Source: Paragordius varius
Taxonomy: Eukaryota > Animalia > Nematomorpha
Reading direction: 5' to 3'
NCBI GenBank assembly: GCA_964247055.1
Contig: OZ176056.1
Location: 2,108,001 to 2,172,000, forward strand
Length of the DNA stretch: 64,000 bases
Shown: in pieces, positions 1-12,776 of the stretch
Position numbering within the stretch: position 1 is the stretch's first letter
Layout of the letters: each line of letters opens with the position of its first letter
Notes under the pieces: model-generated
Told to the model about the DNA's origin: nothing
The model's database searches: none
What the model saw: the letters and a program-made list of their open reading frames with translations, nothing else
Program-made: the position numbers and the translations under genes

Positions 1-1
1 T
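1..1 (-). other. ACC: First base of the predicted ATG of a second ACC copy extending left of the window
   Basis: Bases 1-1790 align nearly identically to 33129-34910, and 33129 is the A of the ACC ATG. Confidence 0.75.
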
Positions 2-249
2 AAAATTTGATTATAATAATTTAAAGCAAAAAAACACGCGTTTTTACGTGATTGTATGATATTGAAGCTGTGCCAATTTATTATACGAGAACAAGGGTAC
101 TTTTGTTAAGCTCAAAATTATTTTTGTAGGTCCTTACTTATGATTTATTTATAAAGTATGGCAAATACTTTACTGTTGCAAAATACTAGCCAAATAAAAA
201 CTAAAAAAAAATAATATTATAAATTCAAGATAAAAAAAGAGTTTATAAA

Positions 250-620
250 TTAGTTTAGAATATGTTTGGTAATTATGATTGGTGCTTAATATTTCGCGAT
301 TACATATAGGGTGATTATTGATCGAGAGTGCTCCCAATGGTATCCAAATCTTAAAACACGTATTCTATGGCTTTGGTGCAGTGTGCGAAAATATATTTAA
401 AACTGTATGATTTAAAAAAATTTACTTAACCTATTTTTTTGGTGTATATTTTAGAAAAAAACTAAAATTCTTTATATTTTTCCATTTTAACACTTTATAT
501 CCTTTTGAGGTAGTGTTAATCATAAAAATATTTTAAGCGTTAGGCTAAATTTAATGATATGCTGTTTTAGCCTCTTAGTATGATAAAATAAGGTAAAAAT
601 GCCTGTAAACTTTTTTCCTT
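250..620 (-). mobile_element. Highly decayed hAT-related fragment upstream of ACC (also at about 33380-33750)
   Basis: 515-605 aligns with 63896-63985 inside the hAT remnant (gcgt(t/c)aggctaaatttaatgat.tgc.gttt.agcctcttag). Boundaries are approximate. Confidence 0.5.
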
Positions 621-3600
621 AATATTTTTATATCGCAAATACAACAGGCAAATAAATGTATCATTATGAAAAAGCTTTCGGATTATAGAAATTTTTGATA
701 TTTATCTAATATCAGCTACTTGCTTCAATCATGTTTTGGAGTTATCCGTTAGAATTAAAAATGTTAACTGTAAAAATTATAAATATTTTTATCTAGAAGA
801 CATATTGAAAAACAATTTTCAGTCCAATTGATTTTGAAACCGTTATTTTACGAAAATCTCTGGATTAGAAAACCCCCTCAACATGCCATCTCGTACAGAT
901 AATGTAATAAATTGTTGACCATTTATTTAGTTTTGGAGTGAGTCTTTGGTTTTAAGTGTGAAATTAAGAGTTAAGAAACTAGAATTTATAAAATATAACA
1001 CTTATCTAATAAATTTAAATTAATTTTTATTTTATGGTTCTGACGTACAAATACCCCAAAATATTTTTATCTATTCCACGTGCATAAAATAAAAGAAATG
1101 TTTATTCATTGAGGTAACATTTATAGAACAGCGGTTTATATATCAAAGGATATAGTTTGAAAAAATAAAAAGATAAAAGGGGAGTTAAATGGCTAAACTA
1201 AAATTATGTAATATAGGCATTTAAAAATACTTTATCAAATTTCAAACGTAAAAACAATTGTATCCCGTTTTTTCCAATAGGGTAGATGTACATGTAGATA
1301 TATTGTTTTAAACATTAATTTTTATAAGATTTTGTGAGCGAATGTTTGCCAATTATGATTTTCCTAATATTAGGTCGCACGTGAGGTCTTGGAGGGCCGC
1401 CTATTGGACAAATCTGGCTTGAATCAATTTTTTTCGAAGCATGTTATGGGCCGTTTTGAGATGTATTTATAATTATATATTTTTTCAGAAGCAATGCAGT
1501 TTCTGTTTTAAATTGTATTTTACAAGTTACATCTAATATTAACAATAAGTTACTAAACGATTAGTCTGCTTTATTTTTCCCTTCAATTTTCGAAATAAAA
1601 AAAAATCAAATTTATTTATTGGATAAACAACTTTGTGAATAGTTTTGCTACAATATATCTATAGTATTCATATGGGAAATCTTCCAAAAATATTATATAT
1701 TCAATAACAAATTAATTATTCAGGCGCTGGCTTTAGATTTCCAATGGCTTCTTCCAAAACTTCTAAAATTATGAATTAAATACAGTTACAATTATAATTA
1801 TAATGTTTAACACTGTATGTTATAGTTTAAAATATATTTGTTATCTATATATATATATATATATATACCTTTTGATATTTCAGGATCCTCCAATCCTAAT
1901 GCATCTAGGATTATTATAAAAAATTGTTTATTTGGTTAAAGTGGAATTTTATTAATCCAGTGTAGTAAATAACAAATAAGATAATGTATTAAGTATTGTT
2001 AAATATTTTTCATATCTTAGGATGTATACTGTAAATAAAACTTCATTGTCAATTTATACCGAGGATTTCAAATTTTCTAGTTCTTAATTATTAGGAGTTT
2101 TTTATGTGTGACAGGATTATCAATTTGCTTATATTACAATCGATATAAAAATTAATAAAATAATTTTTATAAATAATAAATTACTCTCAAATCCTTCTGG
2201 AAACATGGCGCCTATATCATTAAGAAAATATATAAAGTTATGCCATATAACCAAATATTTGATATATTTAAATTAACAATATTTAAATAAAAAAATATAT
2301 AATTAATTAAGTAATTTGTCAAGTTTTTTGATAAATTTTTTTCCTGCATTTTATTTAACAATTAATAATAATAATGTTAAAATTAATTACTTTCATTTGC
2401 TTTGTCGATTAAATCTAATTTAAGGTAGCATAATTATGAAAAAGTGATTCGCTATTATTTTCATAACATAAGGGTTTAATTGTTGAATGGATAAATATTT
2501 GATTTTTATTGATTAATTTTTTTTGAACATTCATAATTTTTTTGGTTTTATTATAGTGCTTCATGGATCTTCTTTCAAATTAAACCTATATGCTTCATGG
2601 ATGTTCTTTCAAATTAAAACTGTAATTAGCTTTAAAATATAATTAATAACTATAAGCGGAGTAAAATAATTTATTTTTAAAGTAATATAATATAAAATGG
2701 TTATAATGACACTTTCCGAGAAGTTTTCGCGTTTGATAAAAAGATATGCTTTATACCTTGAATAGTGTCCATCATATCTATATACATTGTTTAAAGCCGA
2801 AAATATTTTTTTGTATTTGAATACATTAAAATACAAAAAATATACTGCTAATGCGCTCTTTCAAAGCTAAATTTGATATATATAATTTATTGATTTGTGA
2901 AATTTTTTAATTTTTAGTATTATAAAGCATACATTTTATGGATATTTTCATGCCGTCTAAATAATTTATAGAAATATTAAACAAAAGACAATAAGGTAAC
3001 CTAACAAAAATCTTTCTCAAATATAAAAGAGTACTTGAAAAGTACCTGTCATTTTTTTCAAAATATTTAACAATTTTAATCCTATATGTGAGGTTGGAAA
3101 TCAGCGTGTCTCCGAAACCTAAATGGCTTAAATAAATATATTTTAAAAACCGGCAGTTTTAATAATTATTCGAATTTATTGTTATTACTAATTTAGGTGA
3201 TTTTAAACAAATGTCGTCAATTAATACACAATAATTTTTTTAAACATTATATAAATTTCATAACTTATCACAAAATTTATCACAATGTGGGCTCTTATAG
3301 TAATCTTTACATACAATTTTTTTTTCATTAAACCAATTTTATTTTAATTGTTTAAAAAAAATACCAATTTTGGCCCGATCTATATAAAATTTAATGATTT
3401 AATTTAAAATTTTATAAATTATATTGCCATTAAAATTACTTATATTTTCTGGACCTAATCAAGAAGTAAAATATTTTAAAATATAATTTTTATAATGAAA
3501 ACTATATAATAAAAATATATTACTGATATTTCGCGTTTCCTCCAAAAAGTTTTTTGATTCTAATTATATATATGGATAATTTTAATTAAAGATCTTTAAA

Positions 3601-6600
3601 AAATAAAAATAATTGCTACTAAAACATAAAAATGTTAAGATTAGATCCTAAATTGTATTGAAGAGTATATTGAAATACAAAGCTATTTTGATTTAAAAAT
3701 GAAAGGTAAGTAAAAAATAAATATATATGTCAATAAATTAAAAATTTGATGGTATTTAAAACTTTATTAGAGTCTTCAGGAGTTCTTGGGAAAAATACAT
3801 AAACATCATTTAATCAAAAAAACTTTTATAAGTTATTACGTATTAAATCACATGATTCTATAAAACATTTTTTACCAAACGCAACATTTACTATCCAAAC
3901 GAAATAAAAAAAGTTTCTTTTAGTTGAAAAAATGTTGCGATGAATGAATGTTGCATTTGATTGAAAATGGTATAATTATAATTAAACGGGCTTTTTGAAA
4001 ATTCAAATTAAATTTTAAAAAAATCAAAATATATCAACTGCCATAAAGTAATTTTAAAAACCTTATTGGAATCTTTATAAATTATTATAAGTCATACAAT
4101 TAGATATAAAACATGAGATTTAAGCTTTTTCGATTTTTAAAATTTTGATATTTTTTGTTATTACAAATATGGTAAAATTTTTAAACCTTCACATTTTAGA
4201 TAAAAGAGTTGAAACACAATCTATTTTTCTTGATTCACTATTATTCTTTTAGGGTATTGGCCGCTAAAAAGAATTTAAGGGAATTTGAAGAACAATCGCA
4301 GTGGTTTTTCTTAAAAATTTTGACGAGCCGTAGAGCTTTTAGGGCTGCGGTTTAAATTAAATTATTAGCTTTATACAAAAACCCAAGTCTCTTAAAAGCG
4401 TACAACCAGTATAAATTCACAAACGCCAATTAAAAAGAGTGGAAAATTATGAAGACTAGTGACCTGATTTTTAAAATTAGCCAGCAATATAATGTCCACC
4501 AAGGCAACTCAAGTTTTTAGTAAGACTATGTTTTTAAACAAACTTCTTGAATATTTTTTATTTTTACAAATATTATGGATCATTATAATTCATTAAAGCT
4601 AATGAATAAATTATACATTAACTTTCATCATTCTTCCAATAAATTTTAATTTATAACAGCTGAATTTTGGTTTATATTTTATAAAACGTATTTTTTGAAA
4701 AGTCAGTAACCATCTAAGAGAACGGTATCAATGTTAAAAACCGGTATTAAAAGTTATACTGTAAGCCAGGTCTTCCAAATTTTAAGAGATATGCTGTTTA
4801 TTTTAAATTTTTACAACCCGATTGTGATTATAAACGAGCAGAAACCATTGAAATTTTGGTTCCACTTTTTTTTGACTTGGTTTTCCGGGCGTTAGTTTTC
4901 ATGTTTTGTCCTTATAATTTTAATTTTTATCAATATAGATTCTAAGTAAGACATATACCTTCCATAAGATTGGATCCTTCTGCAGAGGTAAAATAAATAT
5001 ATTCAATACATCAGTAAATTACTAAGTACCTGTATTCAAATTTTCGACATCTGAAATATATGGTTTATATCATTAAAATCATAACGATATATGTGCAAAA
5101 ATGATTTTCAAAAATTGCTCAATTATCTTTAAAAGATGTGTTTTATAAAAATATTTAATATATAAGAAATTTAGAATTGAAAAACATACGCTCCAATATT
5201 TGTCGGCCTATAAAATTAAAGTGAAATAAAATTCTTTTTTTTTGAAAAAAATTAAATAATATAATTTTTTCGAATTGTACCTTGAACGATTCTGTCATGA
5301 CTAGTTTTAAATCTTTTGCCTTATGTAAAATATTATAAAAAGTATACTTGGTCGAAGTTCTAATTGATATAGAAACGAATTATAAATTGGTAATTAACCT
5401 TAATCGTATTTAGGTCAAATTTATCCAATCTATAATAAATTTTGATAGCGGTATTTTATGTGTTTATTTAAAGTAATAAAAAGTTTTTTGGTTACCCTTT
5501 TTTCAGAAAAAATATTTTTTTTTAACTTAATGCTAAATTAAATGAAATTTACAATCACAAATGACTTTATAAAATTAATTAATTCACTTATGTTCTTTAA
5601 GTGCTGATTACCCAATTTTATTTTTTGAAATTAATAAATTAACCAAGATTTAATATGTTATAAAAAATGAAGTCTAGATTACTTATAAATATGAAATAAT
5701 CCCTCTATTTAAACAATTTTTTTATTATTTCAAAAAATATCGGCTTTTGAAATATAAATATTTCTTTTTTGCATTAAAATGTAAGTTATACCGCTTATAT
5801 CATCCTCACCTACATCATAGTCTAAATTTAGGGAAATATATATATATATGTATACTCCATCAGAACTGGAATCAACAAAAAATATATGGAGTCTTAAGAA
5901 CTAACTTAATTTCGGCCTTAAAATTTGAATATTGTCAACTGACCTTAAGTTTATGCATTAATCTTTACAAGGATAATATAAATTAGCCAAATTTATAAAA
6001 TAATATAATATTTCGTGATTATTCTTAAACTTTTATGTAAATTATGGTTTTTTATTGTCATACATCTTTTTAAAGATGTCTATTTTGATTGCATATTAAT
6101 TAAAAGGTTAAAAAAATTTTCATCAGTTTTTTTGGAGACCTATTTTTATAATTTGGTTCATGTTGTGTGATATGGAATCATACATTTCATAATTGATATA
6201 ATATTTAGCCGACCTAGGGTTAAACTGCTTATATGTTAAAAAACTTTGGTAGCAAAAAAATATATGTGCTAAAAAAGTTTGGTTTTTAAAATTATTTAAA
6301 AAAATTACAAAACATTAATAAAGGTAATATTAATTAAATTAATACTGCAATTTTATCTAAAAATTGTACATCCACCATATCATATCATATTTTTAAAAAT
6401 TTATGAAAGGCACGGCTAAGGTCATATAAACTAATAATTTTTTTTATAAAAATCTACTTCTTTGAAGACCGGATGGTCCAGGTTGGGGTTCTGTGGCCTC
6501 TGTTTAAAATATAATTGGAAAAAATAATATGTATATCATAAAAATATTTAGCTAGTATTTTAATTAAAACCTGATGTGCTTTGTGGGGTAATTTTAGATA

Positions 6601-7793
6601 TGGTATTATCAGAACCTGAAGAAAATATATTTTTTAAATAAAAGTATATAAATCACAGCTAATTTTTCAACAACAATAGTATTTTCTAATTTTCTTATTT
6701 ATATTACCATAAAATAATGTATAAATAGATAGAACCGAATTAAAAAAAAACCTTCAGTTGATGCTGGATTTACACTGGGCCCTGATAAAAATTAAATATT
6801 TGCTTTTAGTTATAAAGTATGTTTTTTTAATTTTTGAACATAAACCGCCAAAGATACTTAGGTTAGGGTATAATACAGTCAAAAAAGTAAAAATTGTTTC
6901 TAAAAATAACGGTATCTGAACAAATTTTAAAATTTGTTAATTACTTTGTCATCAAAAATTAACACTAATTTGTCATTACCTGGTTCTAATTGAGCCAATT
7001 CGCCTCCATCATCTAGATTTTTAGATTTATTTTTAATCATATCAATTTATAAAAATTTCCAAAATAGATTTTAATTGGTTTCAAATAGTTTAGCGAAGCA
7101 AATATTTCAATTAAATAATTTTATACAATTTGCAATGTGTTTAATTACTTATTGTAATATTGAAAAACCAGAAATTACAAAACAAAAAGTTATTTTTATA
7201 TGAAACAATTTAATTATTATATATATTATTACCAGTATTATCAATTGTTTCAACCAATTTAGCTGCTTCAGTGATTTCCACTATTTCAAAAAAAATAAAA
7301 TTTATAAACCAAAGTAAAATTTAAAATATATGGTTAATTTGATAATTAATTTTTATCATAACATATAATTTTTTGGATGATTAAATTATATACCTCCATC
7401 TACAACATTTTAATTTTTAAAAAATTATTTGAGTTTTACCTGTGAGTAGAGTAGCTAATGTTTAAAAATATGTATTTTATAATATATTTTTATATAATTT
7501 ATAATATTAAAAACTTTGAAGTGACCGTTTTTTTAACAAAGCAATTAGTAAAAAATTATTTAATTAAAATAACAATACAAAGTTGCAAATTTATACAAAA
7601 ATTAAATCACAAGGCTATAGCTTATGTTTTTATGGTATATTAGGTGAATTACTTATCCAAACTCTATTCGTTATTAAAGAAAATTTATGATAATATATGT
7701 TATATTATTGCAATTTTTAAAGAAGTCTTTTGTCTTTGTAAATAAGTAAAAATGACAATATGCAAAATTAATTTTTTGAAAAATCAGAGTCCT

Positions 7794-7876
7794 TATACAT
7801 TCGAGACCCGCCTTAATTGGCCCTCCCAGCAAACTATAGCAACGCGCAAAAAAATAAGCTCATGTTTCGATGTATA
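7794..7876. mobile_element. 83-bp mini-element with inverted ends and 9-bp flanking direct repeats
   Basis: tatacattcgagac ... gtttcgatgtata, flanked by cagagtcct and cagagtctt; absent at about 41240 in copy B. Confidence 0.55.
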
Positions 7877-8188
7877 CAGAGTCTTGCTTCAAATAATAGT
7901 TTTGACTTGTTAGGTTTTTGGGGACCTCATAAAGAGCAAAAAGCAATAAAATCAATTAAAATGTAATCATTTTTAGGCTTTTAAAAATAAAATATGGAAA
8001 TTTATTTAAAAACATGTCATAGAATAAATAAAATTTGCGAACGGTTTCGTAGACTATAACGTACGTCCGTCCTCAGCGTTAAAAAATGGCCAAAATATAT
8101 TGTTGATATTTTGCAAATAAATCTGAAATATTCTTTTTCCGTATCAAATTTCTCGGTATGGTAATGTTTCGGTTTAGTGTTAAATGTA

Positions 8189-8761
8189 CAGTAAAAATTG
8201 AAATTATACGGACAAATTCTAATAATATAAAGACAAATATTTTCTTTCTAAAAGATAACCATACTTTTTAAATTTTAATTTATTTAAATACAGTAAAATT
8301 GAATTTATACGGACAAAATCTAAAAATATAAAGACAAGATTTTTTTCTAAAAGACAGTCACACTTTATAAAACTGAGATTTCAAAATTTTAATTGTTAAA
8401 AAATTGTAAAATAGGATATATAAATATATTGATAACACAATCAATTACATATTTTATATTTTAAATGTAAATAATTTATATGGAAAAATTTAGATTTAAA
8501 AAAGTATGGTTGTCTTTTAGTAAAAATATTTGTCTTTAAATTTTTACATTTTGTCCGTATAATTTCACTTTTTACTGTATAATTCCTTGTTTTAAACTGT
8601 AAATTATGAAATAGAGATATATATTAAAAACATAATTAATTATGTATTTTATTGCGATATTTATAGGATAAATTTATGGGTTAAAAAATATGGTCATCTT
8701 TTAAAATAAAAATATTGTCATTACATTTTTACGTTTTGTCCGTATAATATCAATTTTACTG
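8189..8761. mobile_element. Tc1/mariner-type MITE family 1, with a second copy nested at 8291-8577
   Basis: TA-flanked inverted termini cagtaaaaattgaaattatacggacaaa... at 8189 and 8291, with reverse copies ending at 8577 and 8761; absent at the matching site in copy B (about 41440). Confidence 0.8.
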
Positions 8762-10113
8762 TACTGTATATATATAAAGGTTAAATGAAGCAATTTTAAA
8801 TGCAGCTCAAAGAAAATAAGTAATGACTGGACAGAAACATTATTTACATATTATTACTTCATAAAATAAAAGATACTAGCCAATAATTTTAAATTAAAAT
8901 AGGGAGAGTTAGGATCAAATATGTACTAGATATATTCATACTAACTAATTTTATAAATTTATTTCCTAAAAATCTCAAATCAGTTAACCTTGAATCAAAA
9001 CATATTCTTTATTGTTGTAAGACTTAATTCTGTGAAACTATACGGACAAAACGTACAAAAAAGGATTCCTCACAAATTAAAACATTCGTTTGCCTTGATT
9101 TTTCCCCATTTTAATTTTATGTTTTTATTTAGTTTTTTTAACATTTTAAATTATAATTTATCATTTTTTAAACGACAAAAGGCTGAGTTGATTTTATAAA
9201 ATGTCAACATTTTAAGAAAGGGTTGGCTTTTATAGAAAGCTTTTCTTTGAGTTTTTCCGTTTTGTATGATAGGGTAAAATATTAATTTGAAAATAAAATT
9301 ACATTTTACATTATAAAAATACCCGAACTTTTACCCGGTAATATTAAAATATTTGCAATATAAATTAAATCATTATCGTTTACCTGCCACTGAAAATATA
9401 AATAATATAACTTTATAAAAAATATTTTTAGTGTGATATTTTTTTAAATTGATAAATTTTAATCATAAGAATTGCACGTTCATTTTAACCATTAATAATA
9501 ACTAGTTTGAAATATGTATGTGAAATTTAAAAATTTTGTCCAAGATATAACAAAAAACTAATTTAAAGTAATTTTAAAAGAATTAAATCTTTACAATGTG
9601 ATAACTTACCAAAAAAATATAAATAATTTATCAAATATTGGATAAAATATAATTTATTTTAAATCATTTCAATATATTTTATTAATTTCAACGGTTAAAA
9701 TTACTAAATTTTATGTTAGATGTAAATTATTATTAAAAATACCTTGTGGAGTTAGAGCACCTAAGAAGTTTATAAAGCAAAATATTTCGAGAGATTGATA
9801 GAAAAGACAAATATGTATCGTACCAAATCCGATCGCTGCAACAACTAATTTATATCAATGATAAAATAAAATTAGCAAATAATCTTTGAGATTTTTCTTT
9901 TTGAGCTTAAAATGATGTAATTTTTAAAATAATGTTTTATTCAGGGGTATCCTACACGCAGAAACATTTTGTGAATTATCAATTGAAGATTTATAATGAA
10001 TGGCAAATATATGCCCATAAAATCTTTAAATATTGATATTTATTTTATTCAAATTTTCTAGACAAATTTTGCTAAATTGGTGAATAATTAGTAATATATA
10101 TATTAGGAATGTA

Positions 10114-10345
10114 AACTCATGTATCCTTTATTTTATCAAAAATTAATTTTTTTTCGTTAAATGGGTATAAATATTTGGTAAAGAATGGAAAAACAAGAGC
10201 TTTATGGTAATTCTTATACCTTTTTGATGAATATGATATACTGTTAATACCATAGAGCACTTGTTTTTTCCATTTTTTAACAAATGTTTATACCCATTTA
10301 ACGAAAAAAAAATAAATTTTTAATGAAATAAAGGATACATGACTG
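10114..10345. mobile_element. Fold-back MITE family 2 (about 95-bp inverted arms, end cagtcatgtatcc)
   Basis: Long inverted repeat; absent in copy B at about 42820; sister copies at 15259-15465 and 46634-46774. Confidence 0.8.
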
Positions 10346-11466
10346 TAAGTCGAAAATGCGTTCCATGAAGCCATTTGTATTAATTACCCTTTTTTTACCC
10401 ATTCTTATATTATTTATTTGTATAAATTGTGAGTCAATCAAAATAATTAATTTTATTATATCTTAAAATGCAAATTTAATGTTTTTATTTTTATTAACAT
10501 TTTAACTTTAATTTTTATTCAGGTAAAATGTATTGACAATAAATGCCATTAAGTCTAATTTTTGTTCAAGGTGTCTCATTTAAGATCCTAATAAATGATA
10601 AATATAAGTAGAAATAGTATACCAGGAGAAGCAGCTAAAAGTTTTTTTCCATCAATGACAGAATCCTTTTTATATTAAATATTTTTATACTTGAGTCCGA
10701 CCTTTGTAAATTGGGCTTGTTTTGTTGGGCCTTTCATACTTCTCCTAAAAATTATAACCTTGCTATAAAGTTTTATTTAATTTCAATTTTATATCACTGA
10801 ATTTATTTCAATCATGTGGCCATGATTTTCAAAATTTTATGCTACTAAAATTCTAAGCAGGGAAAAAAATCAGTATAAATCTCATAAATATAGAAAATGT
10901 AAAAGCAAATTGAGTTTTTTTTGATAATATGATGCAATATCAGCAATAATAATTTGTTGAATTTTCATTAGATTTCTCTAACTTCTTCGGACAAATACAT
11001 AAATAAAGCCTGATTAATGCATTTTATATATATACCGTTTTATTAGGGTCTTTCTTTATATTCGCAGCTAAATTGAAAATAAATAAGATTCACAATTATT
11101 ATATAAAAACATCACATTAAAATCTTTAACCATTTTAACAACACGTTAAAAAATGATTCGACATTGTATTCCAAATCGGTCAAAGCACTTTCTAATTTTT
11201 ATTCTTATTATTATCGTTAAGCTTTTTTATTTTAAATAAATGGACGCTCTTTATTTCAATCCTAACTATGAGCTTTAAAATATTGCCCAATATCTGCATT
11301 TTTCCAATATAGAACAAATTTTTAATATTTATAAGTATCGTTGGTTAACATTGTATAAAATAATTTTTATTGTAACCAAAATAAAAACCGCTTTATTAAA
11401 AATGCGGCAATCAATTCTTTTTAATAAAAATAAGATATATACAATTGAACAAAGGCTGTTAATATA

Positions 11467-11661
11467 CAGTATGCATTTATGTTTGCGCTTATTTCACAAC
11501 ACTTTAGTAGGGGGCAATTTGCAGCACAGTTAGCAGTGTATGGAAAAAAAGAAAGGAATAAATTCTTTATTCAACATTTTGTTGTTTTTTTCCATACACT
11601 AATACTGTGTTGCAATTGCCCTACTATAGTGTGAAATGAGCAGCCATTAAAATTCATACTG
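11467..11661. mobile_element. Fold-back MITE family 4 (ta-cagtatg...catactg-ta); orthologue at 43883-44028
   Basis: About 80-bp inverted arms (tagtagggggcaatttgcagcacagttagcagtgtatggaaaaaaa versus ttttttccatacactaatactgtgttgcaattgccctactatag); present in both copies. Confidence 0.75.
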
Positions 11662-12521
11662 TAATAAAAATTTATTTCTTAATTTTCTATTGTTTTTTTA
11701 AAACATGTTCAAATACTTAAAATTTAAATAGAATAAAACCCACACGCTTTTACTTGTTTCTCCTGGCCCTGCCTAAAAAAGTATGATTAATTTTTGTAAA
11801 GGCTAAATTTATATTTTATAGTAAAAATTGGAATTCTAAGACAAAACCTGAAAACATAAAGAAAAATATTTTTTCCAAAAGCAATCATATTTTTGAAATC
11901 TAATTTATAAGTAGAATATATAAAGGTTACCAATTAACATCTTTATTTCATACTTTGCAGTTTGATATAATGAGTTAAAATAGAAATAAAATCTCAAAAA
12001 CTATAGCCGTGTTGAAAAAATATTGGTATTTATATTTTTACGTTTTGTCTGTATAATATAAATTTTTATTGTAAATATTATTATACATAACATAAAAAGT
12101 TTTATAATTACGAGACCTGTTCATAATAATATTTATCCATCGACTGAGTTTCATTTGAATCTGAAAAAATAAAACAAATGTTACAATTATTTTATTGACT
12201 TCGGTTACGAATTCGTCGTGTAAATATAAAAAATAACCAGTCAGTACTTAAACAATTTTAACAATATGATATCGTTTGAAATAAAATATAAATTTGACCT
12301 ATGATAAACTAAATTTTTTGACCAAATAAGTATTTTTAATAATATATATATATATGGTCAACCATTTAACTCTTTATATTATTAAAGCGGGAATTGCATT
12401 TATAAGCAATAAGACCGTTATTTTTTAATCGGTAAACCAATATTTCTGTTATATGGAACCCTTAATTAAACAAAGAATCATGTACAATACGTAGTTTAAT
12501 TATTATATTATAATCCAAAAC

Positions 12522-12776
12522 CAGGGGTATCCAACACAAATGGCTTCGCGGGTCTTTTTGATTCAAAAAATCGGCGGGCAGCAACCGAATGTATATATAA
12601 TTATATATATAAATATTTGATCTTTTGAAAAATATTAAAAAATAAATTAATTTCTATTATTGTGTTTCGAATAAAATAATTCACAAAATTTTGTCAGAAA
12701 TATTATTTTATATTCATAGGAATATTTTTGAAAATATGATTCCAAATTTTTTGCGGGCCGTGGGTCGCACACCCTG
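12522..12776. mobile_element. Non-autonomous hAT-like element (caggggtatccaac ... gggtcgcacaccctg)
   Basis: Imperfect CAGGG inverted ends typical of hAT elements; no 8-bp TSD found; diverged orthologue at about 44880-45480. Confidence 0.5.
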
